Source: Moniliella sp. 'wahieum'
Taxonomy: Eukaryota
Length of the DNA: 64,000 nucleotides
Reading direction: 5' to 3'
Assembly (NCBI GenBank): GCA_003971905.1
Contig: RSEE01000030.1
Span: 62,001 to 126,000, forward strand
Shown piece by piece: positions 62,103 to 64,000 of the stretch (positions are counted from its first letter, which is position 1; every line of letters begins with the position of its first letter). The notes beneath the pieces were generated by a model, which saw nothing but the letters and a program-made list of their open reading frames with translations, was not told the origin of the DNA and ran no database searches. Made by a program: the position numbers and the translations under genes.

Positions 62103-64000
62103 CTAGAAGAACACAGACCACTGTCCGTAGATTGACAGTTCCTGCTCTCCCGGGACACACTCGCTGCGATTGCCTGCACCAACCAACGGTCCACTACATC
62201 GCGCGTGTCAAGCAGGCCGTGTTGAGGAGGTGCGGGCATGGATGTGCACCAAGGCAGGAGAAGGGTCGGTTGAGTCGGCGGTCAAGCTGCTAGCAGCAGA
62301 GGCAGCGTCCAACGCACGCCCCACTCCGGCAACTAGATCCGTCCCCCAGTCGCTCCACGCTTGAGCCAGCAAGGCGGCAATGGAGCCATCCAGGACCAAA
62401 GCTGTTGCTTCTCGCGGCGACTGGGCCAACAGACGAGCGTCGTGCGCAGCAGGCAGTTCGCGTGATCGTACTGCTCCATCCCTCACAATGGACGCTCGTT
62501 TCGAAACACGGGATCGAGGTGGACGCCTTCCATCTTGGTCCTGTCCGGCCTCCTCCTCTTCTCCCTCCTCCCGCTCCTCCTCTTCCTCCGCGCCCTCATC
62601 TCCTCATCTCCCATCTCTTCTTCCTCTTCCACCTGGTCTTCCAGAATGTTGTCGTCGTCCAGGAGGAGCATCACGTCCCTCTCCCCGTCCGCATCTCGAA
62701 TGCCCAGGGGGTGGCACCTAAGGGCCCCGTCAAAACAAACGAGAGCCATCCCCAGCCAGCAAATAGTACCGCAGGAAGGCAGCCAGGATGGCCATCAGTC
62801 TCGCTGGTCGAGAAGGGCGCGAACGGGTAGCGAGGGGGTCAGCCCGAGCCCGCTCCGCGTCGGCCGGGGTGAGTGTGAAGAGGGATGCCTCGGTCGCCTC
62901 TTCGTCTCCCAACGGCACTTCCGAGCGGGGACGTTGGCGCGCCTGTTTGCGCGCCAACTCATCTCGAACAAACACCCCTTCAGCTCAGCTGCCCGCTCCT
63001 CCACTCTCCTCCAATTGCCAAAATCAGCACTGGTCCAGGTGAGGGCACAACGATCGCTTGCCTGTCACAGCATCCGTGCTGGTCAGAGAAACGGTGGGCA
63101 GAGCTCGGGGGACGTCTCGGTAAACGGACGGGAACCCGCTTGGCCAACGCCGCTCCCACCTGCCCGTACCGCCCCGGCCGTGTCACCGGCCATGATATTG
63201 GTCAAGTCGACCAGCACATCAAAAAACCGCGGCCCGCTCCACCATCCCGGTCGGTCGTCACCGCTACCCAGCCCGCTTGGGCCGAGGGCATGAAACGAGG
63301 GTCGTCTTGAGGGAGAGAACGGATGCGGTCCTCTTCCTCCAAAGCAAAAAGGTCATGCAAGCTCAGATACCCACGATAGCGGGGCAGCATCGCGTGAGGA
63401 GCAGGATCGGAGCTGCCGTCCTGGCCAAGAGAGGCCAGGGAGCTGCGTCCTCGTTGGGAAATGTTGTCGAGCAGACTGAGAAGGTTGAGGGCAAACATGG
63501 AGGCCGTGTAGAGAGGGTTGCCGGGTGGACAATAGATCAAACCCTCCTCCCATACTCAGGACCAGTCTCGAGCGCACTCGGTTCCAAGGCCAAGTATTCG
63601 GGCAAGAGAAGCTTGATCAGCTTGGGGAGCAGCGGGCCAAAGCCGTAGTGGACCGCAGGAAGAAATAAGAGCGAATCGTACGAGGCTGGCAAGGCAGTGA
63701 CTAGCTGGGGCTGCGAAAACTGAGCATAAAAGTCCTTGATGAGCGTCGCAACTTGGCGAGCAGCAGCCTGCGCTCCAACCTCTTCCACTCCTCTTCACTT
63801 TCCCCGAATCCGAGCCAGCGTCAGGCAGATCGCTCTCGTCCTCAGCTAAAAGGAGTTGCACCAGAGTCAAGTCCAGCTCGGGACACGACGCAATCACAGC
63901 CGCAATCTCCTCGCCCAACTGACTCAATGGAGTGGTGTAGCGTATGCACCCCACCCGCTCTTCCCGCTCCCAATGGCTGGGGGGGTACTGGTCGTCGACC
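62103..64000 (-). CDS. Hypothetical protein, 3' part (5' end outside window)
   Basis: Continuous protein-like segments (QVATLIKDFYAQF..DSLLFLPAVHYGFGPLLPKLIKLLLP; IYCPPGNPLYTASMFALNLL; YLSLHDLFALEEEDR) joined by frameshifts, with a probable end ..LSIYGQWSVFF*. Family not recognised. Confidence 0.6.

Overview
GC-rich, intron-poor fungal genomic DNA, most consistent with a basidiomycete, probably Ustilaginomycotina (inferred from gene content, few introns and GTACGT/GTGAGT...CTRAC...YAG splice signals). Almost every gene is broken by frameshifts every few hundred bp, which looks like an unpolished long-read assembly, so gene coordinates are stitched and approximate. About 20 genes are supportable. 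In order: MCM2 3' end, Zn2Cys6 TF, Opi1, CAF-1 p60/CAC2, GPATCH1-like, GATA TF, intron-containing tRNA-Gly(GCC), aldehyde dehydrogenase, amino-acid permease, a small D-box/KEN protein, Kei1, MATE, S53 sedolisin, Sft2/Got1, CPA1, kelch-BTB Ral2/Mds3, class-III aminotransferase, Dal5-type MFS, a degenerate DHHC palmitoyltransferase, Ivy1-like I-BAR and a partial unknown gene. No CRISPR array, rRNA or recognisable transposon was seen. The most striking unexplained signal is an intergenic pattern: T(C/G)A triplets repeated at a 7-bp period around variable, mostly palindromic 4-bp spacers, clustered in most longer intergenic regions. There are also three or four loci with canonical splice signals but no recognisable protein.
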